DNA from: Actinomycetes bacterium
GTDB lineage: Bacteria > Actinomycetota > Acidimicrobiia > Acidimicrobiales > JAJYPT01
NCBI GenBank assembly: GCA_021795135.1
Contig: JAJYPT010000003.1
Coordinates: 1 to 32,054, forward strand
Reading direction: 5' to 3'
DNA length: 32,054 bases
Part shown: positions 1 through 9,377 of the stretch, in pieces
Layout: each line of letters starts with the position of its first letter
Position numbering within the stretch: the stretch's first letter is position 1
The notes under the pieces: generated by a model
What the model was told of the DNA's origin: nothing
What the model saw: only the letters and a program-made list of their open reading frames with translations
Database searches by the model: none
Made by a program: the position numbers and the translations under genes

Positions 1-813
1 CTTCCTCTTCAAGCTTATTTTCGAATCAACTCTGAAAATGCTGGACAGTTTGAACGTACCCTTATCATTGCCGATGAAGGATCTCAAGTTCATTACATTG
101 AGGGATGTTCTGCTCCTGTTTATTCTTCTGACTCTTTGCATTCAGCAGTTGTAGAAATAATTGTAAAACCAAGTGCAAGAGTAACTTATACTACGATCCA
201 AAACTGGTCTAACAATGTTTATAATCTTGTTACAAAAAGAGCTCGCTGTGAAGCAGAGGCTCATATGGAATGGATTGATGGAAACATTGGATCAAGACTT
301 ACTATGAAATATCCTTCTGTTTATCTAGTTGGTCCAAAAGCCTCAGGAGAAGTACTTTCTGTAGCTTACGCAGGACCTGGACAGCATCAAGATGCTGGAG
401 CAAAAATGATTCATGCTGCTCCTGAGACAACTTCTACAATTATTTCTAAATCCATTTCCAAAGATGGGGGTAGAACTTCTTATAGAGGTTTGGTTCATGT
501 AGATGAAGGAGCTCACAATTCCAAGAGCTTTGTTCGCTGTGACGCTTTGATTTTAGATGATCAAAGCCGTTCTGATACTTATCCCTATATGGAAGTAGGC
601 GAACAAGATGCTCAAATTGGACATGAAGCAACTGTTTCCAAAGTAGGAGATGACCAACTATTTTATCTAATGAGTAGAGGTCTTTCAGAAACAGAAGCTA
701 TGAGCATGGTCGTAAATGGCTTTATTGAACCTGTAACACGCACCCTTCCTATGGAATATGCTGTTGAGTGGAGTCGATTGATTGAACTCCAAATGGAAGG
801 CTCAGTAGGATAA
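1..813 (+). CDS. sufB: Fe-S cluster assembly protein SufB (5' end outside window)
   Basis: Frame is open from base 1 ([23 protein letters not shown]...YIEGCSAP). SufB motifs [29 protein letters not shown] and C-terminal EGSVG. Confidence 0.96.
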   Translation, partial: LPLQAYFRINSENAGQFERTLIIADEGSQVHYIEGCSAPVYSSDSLHSAVVEIIVKPSARVTYTTIQNWSNNVYNLVTKRARCEAEAHMEWIDGNIGSRLTMKYPSVYLVGPKASGEVLSVAYAGPGQHQDAGAKMIHAAPETTSTIISKSISKDGGRTSYRGLVHVDEGAHNSKSFVRCDALILDDQSRSDTYPYMEVGEQDAQIGHEATVSKVGDDQLFYLMSRGLSETEAMSMVVNGFIEPVTRTLPMEYAVEWSRLIELQMEGSVG

Positions 814-876
814 AACTTGATTAGATATCGTCAAGCAAAAGAACCTTCAAATAATATTTGACAGAAGGATAAACCA

Positions 877-1224
877 ATGACGATGAGAGAAGAGTGTAAA
901 AATTATCAAAGCCGGACATATGATTCGGGAGAGGTCATGAGGACTTGCAGCTTAGATTTAGCTCCAGAAGCCCCTTGGCGTTGTCCTGAGAATTGTCCGG
1001 CTTATGCTCCTAGAAGCGCAGATGTAGGCTGGGTACGTGGAAGCTTAGTTGAACCGCCTTTAGAAGAAGAGCCAAATATTGATGAAGATTCTTTGGAGAT
1101 GCTTGAAGAAGCCGAAGAAGTAGTTAATGATATTGGCCCTTCTGTCATTTCTGAAGTAGAAAAAGAAAGATCTAAAAACTCTTCCCCAAAGAGATTTAAA
1201 CTACCGTGGAAAAAAAATTCTTAA
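877..1224 (+). CDS. Hypothetical protein with 4-Cys N-terminal domain, inside SUF operon
   Basis: AAGGA SD upstream. C7-x16-C24-x11-C36-x3-C40, acidic middle, basic C-terminal tail. Sits between sufB and sufD. Confidence 0.85.
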   Translation: MTMREECKNYQSRTYDSGEVMRTCSLDLAPEAPWRCPENCPAYAPRSADVGWVRGSLVEPPLEEEPNIDEDSLEMLEEAEEVVNDIGPSVISEVEKERSKNSSPKRFKLPWKKNS

Positions 1225-1251
1225 ATAGATATTGAATTGAGTTGAGCTAGA

Positions 1252-2586
1252 GTGAATTCTAATAAAGGTGTCTTTACCCCTGAACAAGCAGAGGGTCTTC
1301 CTGGTCCTAAATGGTTGAAAACAGCAAGGCTTGCTGCAGCCCAACGTTTTTCTAAAGCCCAATTACCTTCTGAAGCGGAAGAAGTATGGCGCTATAGTAG
1401 AATCGATGAATTAGATCTTGATAAGTTTCATCCTTTTCAAGTTAATGTCTCTTCACAAGCAGCTATACCAGATCAATTGAATTCCCTACTGAATTCGTTT
1501 AGTCAAAATTCAGGTTTTTTGCTATTTCATAATGGGCAATTGGTAAAAAAAAATCTAAGTCAAATAGCCCAAGATAAACAAGTAAAAATAGGTTCGGTTC
1601 AAGAAACTAGAGATGGAATTTTTGATTCAGTTCCTTTGATTCAAGACGCCTTTGCAGATCTTTCAATAGCATTCTTGTTAGATGCAGCAGTTATAGAAAT
1701 ACCTACAGGGGTAAGTCTGGAAGATCCTATAGTAATTTTGCATCTTGTAGATGAGCCTAATGTTGCTGTTTTCCCAAGAACTGTAATAAGAGCTGGACAA
1801 GGCTCTAGTGTTAGGGTCATAGATCATTTAACATCAACCAATGTAGAAGCTTTAGTTTGTTCGGTTTCTGAACTTGATGTAGATGAGGCTGCAAATCTTA
1901 CCTATCTATTCAATCAAGATCTTGGTCCCAAAGTATGGCAGTTGGGGTATCAATCTTCTCAAGTAGGTAAAGATGCTTCTTTTGAATCCTTTACTACCTT
2001 TTTAGGTGGAGATTATGCTCGCATGCGTACCGATTCAAGATTGGTTGGTCAAGGTGGTTCAGTTAAACTTTTAGCTGCTTATTATGGAGATGGTTCTCAA
2101 GTTCATGATTTTAGAACTCTTCAAGAACATAGTGCTCCTAAAACCACAAGCGAGCTTTTATTTAAAGGTGCAGTTCAAGGCAAAGCTCGTTCTGTCTATT
2201 CTGGTCTTATTAAAGTAGATAATGGAGCAAGCGGTACTAATGCTTTTCAAACTAATCGTAATCTAGTTCTATCAGAGGGCGCTCATGCCTATTCGGTTCC
2301 CAACTTAGAAATAGATGAGAACGAAGTAAGTTGTAGTCATGCTTCGGCAGTGGGGCCTATTGATAAAGATCATCTTTATTACTTGGAAAGTCGTGGGATT
2401 CCTACTGAAGTTGCCGAAAGACTAATTGTGCTTGGGTTTTTCGAAGATATTTTATCTAGAAATGCTTCATCACAACTCCAAGATTGGTTGAGAGAGTCGA
2501 TAGCGAAAAAACTCAATGCTGGATTTAAAATTATTGCTGATTTAGAAAATAAACCTGAAGGTTTAAAAGTAGGAAGTGAGATTTGA
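1252..2586 (+). CDS. sufD: Fe-S cluster assembly protein SufD
   Basis: EEVWRYS near the N-terminus; FQTNRNL, PNLEIDENEVSCSHAS, YYLESRGI. GTG start. Confidence 0.93.
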   Translation: MNSNKGVFTPEQAEGLPGPKWLKTARLAAAQRFSKAQLPSEAEEVWRYSRIDELDLDKFHPFQVNVSSQAAIPDQLNSLLNSFSQNSGFLLFHNGQLVKKNLSQIAQDKQVKIGSVQETRDGIFDSVPLIQDAFADLSIAFLLDAAVIEIPTGVSLEDPIVILHLVDEPNVAVFPRTVIRAGQGSSVRVIDHLTSTNVEALVCSVSELDVDEAANLTYLFNQDLGPKVWQLGYQSSQVGKDASFESFTTFLGGDYARMRTDSRLVGQGGSVKLLAAYYGDGSQVHDFRTLQEHSAPKTTSELLFKGAVQGKARSVYSGLIKVDNGASGTNAFQTNRNLVLSEGAHAYSVPNLEIDENEVSCSHASAVGPIDKDHLYYLESRGIPTEVAERLIVLGFFEDILSRNASSQLQDWLRESIAKKLNAGFKIIADLENKPEGLKVGSEI

Positions 2587-2906
2587 TGTCAGAGAGCATA
2601 AGACTTTGTTCTGTCTCGGATATAAAACCAGATACAGCTCGTCGTTTTGATGTTGGTCCTCACAGGATTGCTTTAGTGCGTATAGGTGAGAATGAGTTTT
2701 TTGCTATTGGAGATAAATGTAGTCATGCTGATTATTCTTTATCTGAAGGAGAAGTTTATGCCGATCAATATGAAATTGAGTGTTGGAAACATGGCAGTAC
2801 CTTTTCACTAAAAACAGGAGAACCTACAGTTTTACCTGCTACAAAACCAGTTCCTACATATGAGGTAAAGCTAAATGGAGACAATATTATGGTGGAAATA
2901 TCATGA
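2586..2906 (+). CDS. Rieske-type [2Fe-2S] ferredoxin
   Basis: CSH...CWKHGSTF Rieske ligands. ATG overlaps the sufD stop (TGATG). Usual member of actinobacterial SUF operons. Confidence 0.93.
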   Translation: MSESIRLCSVSDIKPDTARRFDVGPHRIALVRIGENEFFAIGDKCSHADYSLSEGEVYADQYEIECWKHGSTFSLKTGEPTVLPATKPVPTYEVKLNGDNIMVEIS

Positions 2907-3661
2907 CATCTTCAACATTTAAAGTTAGTGGACTTCGAGCTGGAATTTTAGGTAAAGAAATTGTCAAAGGAATTGACCTTGAAATACATTCTGGTCAAGT
3001 CCATGCCATTATGGGTCCCAATGGATCTGGTAAAAGTACTCTTTCCCATGTCTTGATGGGAAGACCAGGATATGAAGTTATTTCTGGTAGTGCAACTATA
3101 GATGGCATAGAACTATTGGGAATGCCAATTTGGCAAAGAGCACAAGCGGGTCTTTTTATTGCTCTCCAATATCCAATAGAAGTGCCAGGAGTGAGTTTAG
3201 AAAACGCGCTAGGGGAAGCTTTTGCAGCCAGAGGACAAGATCGTTCCATGGTGTATGAAAAAGTTTTAGCCGAGGCTAAAAGACTTGATTTTGATGAAAA
3301 GTTTTTATCTCGTTCACTAAATGTAGATCTTTCGGGTGGAGAAAAAAAGAGGAATGAAACTCTTCAACTGGGAGTACTAGAGCCTAAATTTGCAATTTTG
3401 GATGAGATCGATTCAGGTCTAGATATTGATGCTTTGAGAGATGTTTCTAGAAGGATCGAAGCTGCAACTACTGAATTTTCTTTAGGTGTTTTAGCTATAA
3501 CTCACTATAGTCGACTTCTTAAAGAATTGAAACCTGATGTAATTCATGTTATGGCTGGTGGAAAAATAATAGATACTGGTGGTCCTGAGCTAGCTGATAA
3601 GTTGGAAAAGACAGGATATAGCGCTTATGGCTTAAAAGATGAGGAACCTATTGTTATCTAG
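2903..3661 (+). CDS. sufC: Fe-S cluster assembly ATPase SufC (copy 1)
   Basis: GPNGSGKST Walker A, QYPIEVPGV, LSGGEKKRNE, LDEIDSGLDIDAL, ITHY. Confidence 0.93.
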   Translation: MTSSTFKVSGLRAGILGKEIVKGIDLEIHSGQVHAIMGPNGSGKSTLSHVLMGRPGYEVISGSATIDGIELLGMPIWQRAQAGLFIALQYPIEVPGVSLENALGEAFAARGQDRSMVYEKVLAEAKRLDFDEKFLSRSLNVDLSGGEKKRNETLQLGVLEPKFAILDEIDSGLDIDALRDVSRRIEAATTEFSLGVLAITHYSRLLKELKPDVIHVMAGGKIIDTGGPELADKLEKTGYSAYGLKDEEPIVI

Positions 3662-3730
3662 GCGATATTTTTGGTGTCGTGAAATTCTAAACTTTGGTAA
3701 ATAGATAATAAAGTAACAAGAAAGGCAAAG

Positions 3731-4087
3731 ATGACTATTGAAGAACAAGATGGAGATAGTCCTCTTTGGGGGTCTTGGGAAAAAGTAGTTTCTTTTGATC
3801 CCACTAAGGCAACAGTTCGTCCTGTTATCTCCAGTCAAGGATCTAAGGCATTTATAGTAGGTCTAGAGCCAGGCCAACAACTTCGAAGTCACCCAGCTCC
3901 TGCTGACTTGTATTTATTTGTTGTACAAGGCAGTGTAACTTTTACGATAGCAGACCAAGTCAATGCTGTAAATCTTGGAGATTGTGTACTGATGAAAAAA
4001 GGAGTTCCTCATGCTATTTATAATAGCCAAGAAGCTCGGGCTGCTGTTTTGGGAGTTACCTTGCCTCTATCAACTGTTTCACGATAA
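3731..4087 (+). CDS. Cupin-domain protein
   Basis: LEPGQQLRSHPAP...VVQGSVTF...GDCVLMKKGVPHAIYN cupin motifs 1 and 2. AAAGG SD. Confidence 0.85.
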   Translation: MTIEEQDGDSPLWGSWEKVVSFDPTKATVRPVISSQGSKAFIVGLEPGQQLRSHPAPADLYLFVVQGSVTFTIADQVNAVNLGDCVLMKKGVPHAIYNSQEARAAVLGVTLPLSTVSR

Positions 4088-4665
4088 ATAGACTTAGCAA
4101 TTTGTTGCTATGGCTCAGTCGATTTTTATTTCTTTTGAAATTCATTGACTGAATTGTTATTTTTTACCTGTATTTGAGATTATGTACTTTGCTAGTAGTC
4201 CAATTTTTATAAAATAAAACTAATACGGGTTCCTCTAGTTTTAGACAATGCTTCATAGCTTGTCATGCAATTCCTCAGATTGCAGTCTCTAAGGACAGTT
4301 TCATTGATCCTTACAGTTTCGTCTATTCTAAATGCACTTCAACCTAAATATTGGAGTTATTGTTATACTCCAAACATTTTTGCCTTACTTTTTCAAAGTA
4401 TTGGATAGCTTCCATGGTTTGTCCTTAAAGGCTTTACTTTCTAAGTAATAAAATTTTCTGAAAAAAGAAAGTATTTTAATTTTACTTTTTATATAAGAAT
4501 CTCCTCAAAAATTCTTTGACCAACAAATTTCTAAAATTTATTCTTTTAGTTTCCATTACTTTCAAAAATTAGGAATCCCTTCATGGAGGGCTATTTATTT
4601 TAAGTTTAGTTATTTGTATTTGAAGGTGTTCAAAAATAAATTTTAGAAATTTTTTTGATCTGCTA

Positions 4666-4694
4666 TAGACATAATACCTATCGGTATGTAAGAT
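4666..4694 (+). promoter_or_regulatory. Sigma70/SigA-type promoter of the LacI-GH39-ABC operon
   Basis: TAGACA (4666-4671), 17-nt spacer, TAAGAT (4689-4694), about 30 nt upstream of the lacI-family start codon. Confidence 0.7.
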
Positions 4695-4709
4695 AAGTGC
4701 TCAAATAGA

Positions 4710-4721
4710 GAAAGCGCTTAC
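4710..4721. promoter_or_regulatory. LacI-family operator
   Basis: GAAAGCGCTTAC with palindromic core AAGCGCTT, matching the LacI/GalR-type GnAAnCGnTTnC consensus. Lies between the promoter and the regulator's ATG. Confidence 0.75.
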
Positions 4722-4723
4722 GT

Positions 4724-5770
4724 ATGCCTAGTGAATTCGAAAAACCGACAATTTATGAAGTAGCTGAACGAGCCGGGGTTTCCATTGCTTCGGTATCTAG
4801 AGTATTGCAGAACAAGCCTGGAGTCTCTGAAGCTACTCGAAAAATGATTACTTCAGTAATGCAAGAGTTAGGATATGTTCCAAGTAATGCAGCTCGAGGT
4901 TTGGCGGGTTGTAGAGCTGGAATTATAGGATTGATATTTCCAGATTTAGATGATCCTTCTATGGAATCTGGACATGAGACTCTGCTTTATTTTGATGAAA
5001 TTATTAGAGGAGCACAAAGAGCGGCTCGACAAGAAGGTATTGCAGTGTTGATAGCTGCGACCCATTCTGCTTCTGGTAGGGAACTGGCTTTATCAATCGC
5101 AAGTAAAGTTGATGGATTGGTGGTAATGGCCCGTAGTGTCCCAGAGGTAGATATGCGTTCTTTGGCTACTAGGATTCCAACAGTGTTATTAGCAGCTGAT
5201 AGGCATATTTCGGGAGTTGACTATTTGATAGCAGACAATGAAGGCGGTGCAGCCGCTGTCACTAGACATCTTGTTGAATATCATAAATATCCAACTGTGA
5301 AGTTTATAGGGGGCCCTTCGAATTCACCAGATTCTAGAGCTCGTTTTCGTGGGTATTGTAAAGCATTGGCTTTAGCCAATCTTGAAGTTCCAAAAAGCCC
5401 CTGGATGGCTGGAGATTTTACAGAAGCTAGTGGTCGTAGGATTGCTAAAGTAATTCTTTCAAAAGGGTCTCTTCCTAGATCTGTTGTCGTTGGAAATGAC
5501 CAAATGGCATTTGGGATGATGAAAGTACTCATATCTGAAGGAATCAAAGTACCCCAAGAGGTAGCAATTACTGGTTTCGATGATCTTCCAGTAGCTCGCT
5601 ATTTGCAGCCGGGTTTGACTACTGTTCGCCAGCCAATGAGACAGCTGGGTGCTGAATCTATTCGATTGCTTCTTGTGCGTTTAGGTGGGGCTACCTCTCC
5701 TCAATCAGTTACGTTGCCAACTGAACTTACGTTACGACAAAGTTGTGGATGTGTAAACGATGACTACTAA
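4724..5770 (+). CDS. LacI-family transcriptional regulator
   Basis: PTIYEVAERAGVSIASVSRVL HTH, LGYVPSNAARGL hinge, ITGFDD and LTTVRQP sensor motifs. Confidence 0.96.
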   Translation: MPSEFEKPTIYEVAERAGVSIASVSRVLQNKPGVSEATRKMITSVMQELGYVPSNAARGLAGCRAGIIGLIFPDLDDPSMESGHETLLYFDEIIRGAQRAARQEGIAVLIAATHSASGRELALSIASKVDGLVVMARSVPEVDMRSLATRIPTVLLAADRHISGVDYLIADNEGGAAAVTRHLVEYHKYPTVKFIGGPSNSPDSRARFRGYCKALALANLEVPKSPWMAGDFTEASGRRIAKVILSKGSLPRSVVVGNDQMAFGMMKVLISEGIKVPQEVAITGFDDLPVARYLQPGLTTVRQPMRQLGAESIRLLLVRLGGATSPQSVTLPTELTLRQSCGCVNDDY

Positions 5771-7601
5771 AAAACCAATTTCACCACGAGATGATTGGCG
5801 AAAACGAATTAGTCTTCGTTCTGATGAACAAGCTACTTTAAATACCAAGATAAATTCAACATTACAAGCTCCTGCAGGGTTAGTAGCTACTCCTGGGCAA
5901 GCTCAAATTACTTTGAGATGGCTTCCAGTAGAAGGAGCAATTGGTTATATAATTTTTCGCTCTTTTGATGATGATGGATTTGTTGCTATCAATCATGGTG
6001 GTAGCGATGTCTTGGCTGTGCCTGAATTGTTATATGCAGATACCGATATCGTATCTGGAACTTTTTATTCTTATCGAGTAGCAGCGACTGCATCACTTGA
6101 TATAGCACCTGGACCTATGTCTAAGACGGTGACTTGTCAGGCAGTATCAACCATTGCCAGACCCCTTATTGGTCTAGTTGATAGTGCTGGTTCAGATGGT
6201 GATTTGGATCGAGTTTGGCATATGATAGGTTCTGAGCGTTTATCCCAACTAGATGAAGACTTTGATGTTTTTGGAAATCCTATTGGTAAAGAGTTTTCTC
6301 AAGCGCTTTCTATTGCGAGCAGCGAACTTGGAGCAACTATGGTTCGAGCTCATGCGATTTATCATGATGACTTGGAAGTATTTTCATGGAAACAAGGTAA
6401 TCCCAAATATAATTTTACCAAAGTCGATGCAATATTTGACAAGATTATAGAATTGGGTTTGCGTCCAGTTGTTGAGTTATCATTTATGCCTTATGATTTA
6501 GCAACTGACCCTAATGCTACTGTTTTTGACTACCGAGGTATAATTTCGCCTCCTCGCGATTGGGCTAAATGGGCTGAGCTTAATTTTGAACTAGGCAAAC
6601 ATCTAGTTGAGCGTTATGGCATCGATGAAGTTTCTCAATGGGCTTTTGAGGTATGGAACGAACCTAATCTTGATGTCTTTTGGACAGGCACTCAAAAAGA
6701 CTATTTTCAATTATATGACCTTGCAGCAATGGCAATTAAAGAAGTTGACAGTCGTTTGATTGTTGGCGGCCCTGCTACTGCAGCTGGGGAGTGGTTATAT
6801 GCTTTTATTGCTCATGTTGCAGATAATGCAATACCTTTGGATTTTTTATCTACCCACACTTATGGCAATACCCCTTTAGATGTTAGGCCTATTTTAGCTA
6901 AATACCACCTAGAGAAGACAAAGATATGGTGGACTGAATGGGGAGTAGGATCTACCCATTTCGGACCTATCCATGATACTGCTTTAGGAGCCCCTTTTAT
7001 TTTAAGAGGTTTTAAAGCTGTACAAGGTCGAGTTGATGCAGTTGCCTATTGGGTTATTAGTGATCATTTTGAAGAACTTGGACGACCTCCTCGGTTGTTT
7101 CATAACGGTTTTGGTCTTCTTTCGGTGGGCAATTTACGAAAACCTCGTTTTTGGGCTGTACGCCTAGCGCAAGAGCTTGGAGATCACCTTCTGCCAGTTG
7201 GCATAGAAGGTGATGGTGCCGAATCCCTAGTAGAGATATGGGCAACAAAATCTTTCGATGGCCAAGTTGATGTTTTGTTATGGAACAGTACTCTCAATGC
7301 ATCCAAGTTTGAGGGAGATGCACAACTTGAGAGAACTGTATCTTTAGATGTCGTTGGGCTAGAGCCAGGGATCTATAAAGTATTTCTTGCTCGAGTAGAT
7401 AGTAATCATTCTAATATCATCAGGCATTGTCCGCCTGAGGTGAAATGGCCCAATGAAAAATTGTGGAAGCAAATTGCTACCCAAGACCAGCTGTGGGAGA
7501 CCACGTTGGATGATTTAACTATAACGACAAAAACAAAAGTTAACTATGAAGTGATTTTACCAATGCCGGCAGTGGTCCGGATTAGGTTTAAACCATCTTA
7601 G
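5760..7601 (+). CDS. Glycoside hydrolase family 39 (beta-xylosidase-like) with N-terminal Fn3-like domain
   Basis: VRAH, PVVELSFMP, EVWNEP (acid/base), STHTY, WTEW (nucleophile), YWVISDHFEE, GFGLL. N-terminal APAGLVA..ITLRWLPV..GYIIFRS..YSYRVAA Fn3 pattern. Confidence 0.9.
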   Translation: MTTKKPISPRDDWRKRISLRSDEQATLNTKINSTLQAPAGLVATPGQAQITLRWLPVEGAIGYIIFRSFDDDGFVAINHGGSDVLAVPELLYADTDIVSGTFYSYRVAATASLDIAPGPMSKTVTCQAVSTIARPLIGLVDSAGSDGDLDRVWHMIGSERLSQLDEDFDVFGNPIGKEFSQALSIASSELGATMVRAHAIYHDDLEVFSWKQGNPKYNFTKVDAIFDKIIELGLRPVVELSFMPYDLATDPNATVFDYRGIISPPRDWAKWAELNFELGKHLVERYGIDEVSQWAFEVWNEPNLDVFWTGTQKDYFQLYDLAAMAIKEVDSRLIVGGPATAAGEWLYAFIAHVADNAIPLDFLSTHTYGNTPLDVRPILAKYHLEKTKIWWTEWGVGSTHFGPIHDTALGAPFILRGFKAVQGRVDAVAYWVISDHFEELGRPPRLFHNGFGLLSVGNLRKPRFWAVRLAQELGDHLLPVGIEGDGAESLVEIWATKSFDGQVDVLLWNSTLNASKFEGDAQLERTVSLDVVGLEPGIYKVFLARVDSNHSNIIRHCPPEVKWPNEKLWKQIATQDQLWETTLDDLTITTKTKVNYEVILPMPAVVRIRFKPS

Positions 7602-7627
7602 GATAACAGTCCAAGGGGGAGATAAAA

Positions 7628-9343
7628 ATGAAGGATTCACCAGGTTTTGCTAAGCAGATAGTGGCTAGAAATAAATTTAAAAACACTAGCCGCAAGAGCG
7701 GAACTAAAAGGATTGCTACGTTGGTAGCAGTAGCTTTTACAGTAGCTGCATGTGGTAGTACTGCTACAAGTACAGTTAAAAGTACTGGAGGAGGTTCTAT
7801 GACGATAGGAGTTGATAATGGATCTCCAACTTTACAGAAAAACTTTAATCCGTTCTCGTCAAATATGCGAATCGGAACTACCTATATGTACGAACCCTTG
7901 GAGTATGTAAATACTCTAAATGGAAAGTTTACTCCTTTTTTAGCCACAGGCCATCATTTCGTAAATAATACCACTTTGCAGTTTGACATTCGTTCTAATA
8001 TGAAGTGGAGCGATGGAAAACCAATCACTGCTTCAGATGTAGTTTTTACATTCAATTTACTTCATAAATATCCAGCACTTGATGTAACAGGAATATGGAA
8101 TCATTTAAATTCTGTAACTTCATCAGGAAATGTTGTTACTTTTCACCTCAATAGTCCCGATGTTCCGTTTGCCCAAATTATTGCTCAAACTCTTATAGTC
8201 CCTCAACATATTTGGGCGAGTATAAAAAATCCGGTTACTTTTACAAACAATAACCCTGTCGTATCAGGACCTTATGTATTGTCTTCGTTTAATCCGAATC
8301 AATATATATTGAAGAAAAATCCTAATTGTTGGCAAGCTTCTCATGTAGCTGTTCCTAAATTGATATTTCCCGCAATGAGTGGAGGCCAAACTTCTCAACT
8401 ACAGTTGTCTAGGAATGCTTATAGCTGGGCAACTTTATTTGTTCCCAACATAAAACAATCGTGGGTAGATAAAGCTCCAAAGTATAATAAATATTGGTTT
8501 CCACCAGGGGGTTCAATTTCTCTTTTTCTTAATCTAGCTAAAGCACCTTTCAATAATCTTACTTTTCGCCAGGCTTTATCCGATGGATTGAATCGTCAGA
8601 CTATAGCTACTAAAGCTGAAAATGGATATGTAAAACCAGCTAGCCAAACTGGGCTTTTACTCCCAGGTCTCAAAAAATGGCTCAACCCTTCATATCCAAA
8701 TAAAGGAGTGCCTACCTATAATGTAGCTAAAGCAATGAAGTTACTTTCATCTATTGGTTATCATAAAAACGGCAATACCCTTCTAAGTCCTAATGGATCC
8801 CCGGTCAAATTTTCAATAATTGTTCCGAATGGGTTTTCGGATTGGATTAGTGGAGCCCAAACAGTTGGCCATGAACTTGGTCGCTTGGGAATTTCAGTGA
8901 CAGTATCTACTCCTCAATTCGCAGCTTACCAAAGCCAATTACAAACCGGCCAATTTCAAGCAGCTTTTGGTTCCATTGGTGGAAATGGTAACCCATATTT
9001 GGATTTCCATAATCTACTAGCTAGTAGCCTAACTGCTCCTATTGGTCAAAGTACAGGAGTGGGAACAAACTATGAGAGATGGAAGAGCACAAAAACTGAT
9101 GCTTTGTTGAATCAATTGCTAGTTACGACTAATCCTACCTTGCAGAAAAAAGCTGTATATGGACTAGAAAAAATTATGTATACTCAATTGCCAGTTTTGA
9201 CCCTATTTTATGGAGCAACATGGGGAGAGTATAGCACTAAGAGCTATACCGGATGGCCAAGTGCTGCTAATCCATATGCTCCACCAGCGCCATATGGTGA
9301 TCCTCCTATTATGATTATGACTCATCTTCACAAGAGGGCTTGA
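7628..9343 (+). CDS. Family 5 (OppA/DppA-type) ABC substrate-binding lipoprotein, probably oligosaccharide-binding
   Basis: Lipobox VAAC, KWSDGKPITASDVVFTF, SGPY. Sugar specificity is inferred from context. Confidence 0.92.
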   Translation: MKDSPGFAKQIVARNKFKNTSRKSGTKRIATLVAVAFTVAACGSTATSTVKSTGGGSMTIGVDNGSPTLQKNFNPFSSNMRIGTTYMYEPLEYVNTLNGKFTPFLATGHHFVNNTTLQFDIRSNMKWSDGKPITASDVVFTFNLLHKYPALDVTGIWNHLNSVTSSGNVVTFHLNSPDVPFAQIIAQTLIVPQHIWASIKNPVTFTNNNPVVSGPYVLSSFNPNQYILKKNPNCWQASHVAVPKLIFPAMSGGQTSQLQLSRNAYSWATLFVPNIKQSWVDKAPKYNKYWFPPGGSISLFLNLAKAPFNNLTFRQALSDGLNRQTIATKAENGYVKPASQTGLLLPGLKKWLNPSYPNKGVPTYNVAKAMKLLSSIGYHKNGNTLLSPNGSPVKFSIIVPNGFSDWISGAQTVGHELGRLGISVTVSTPQFAAYQSQLQTGQFQAAFGSIGGNGNPYLDFHNLLASSLTAPIGQSTGVGTNYERWKSTKTDALLNQLLVTTNPTLQKKAVYGLEKIMYTQLPVLTLFYGATWGEYSTKSYTGWPSAANPYAPPAPYGDPPIMIMTHLHKRA

Positions 9344-9377
9344 GATGAATGTACTCAGCTTCAAAGACAAAGAATAA

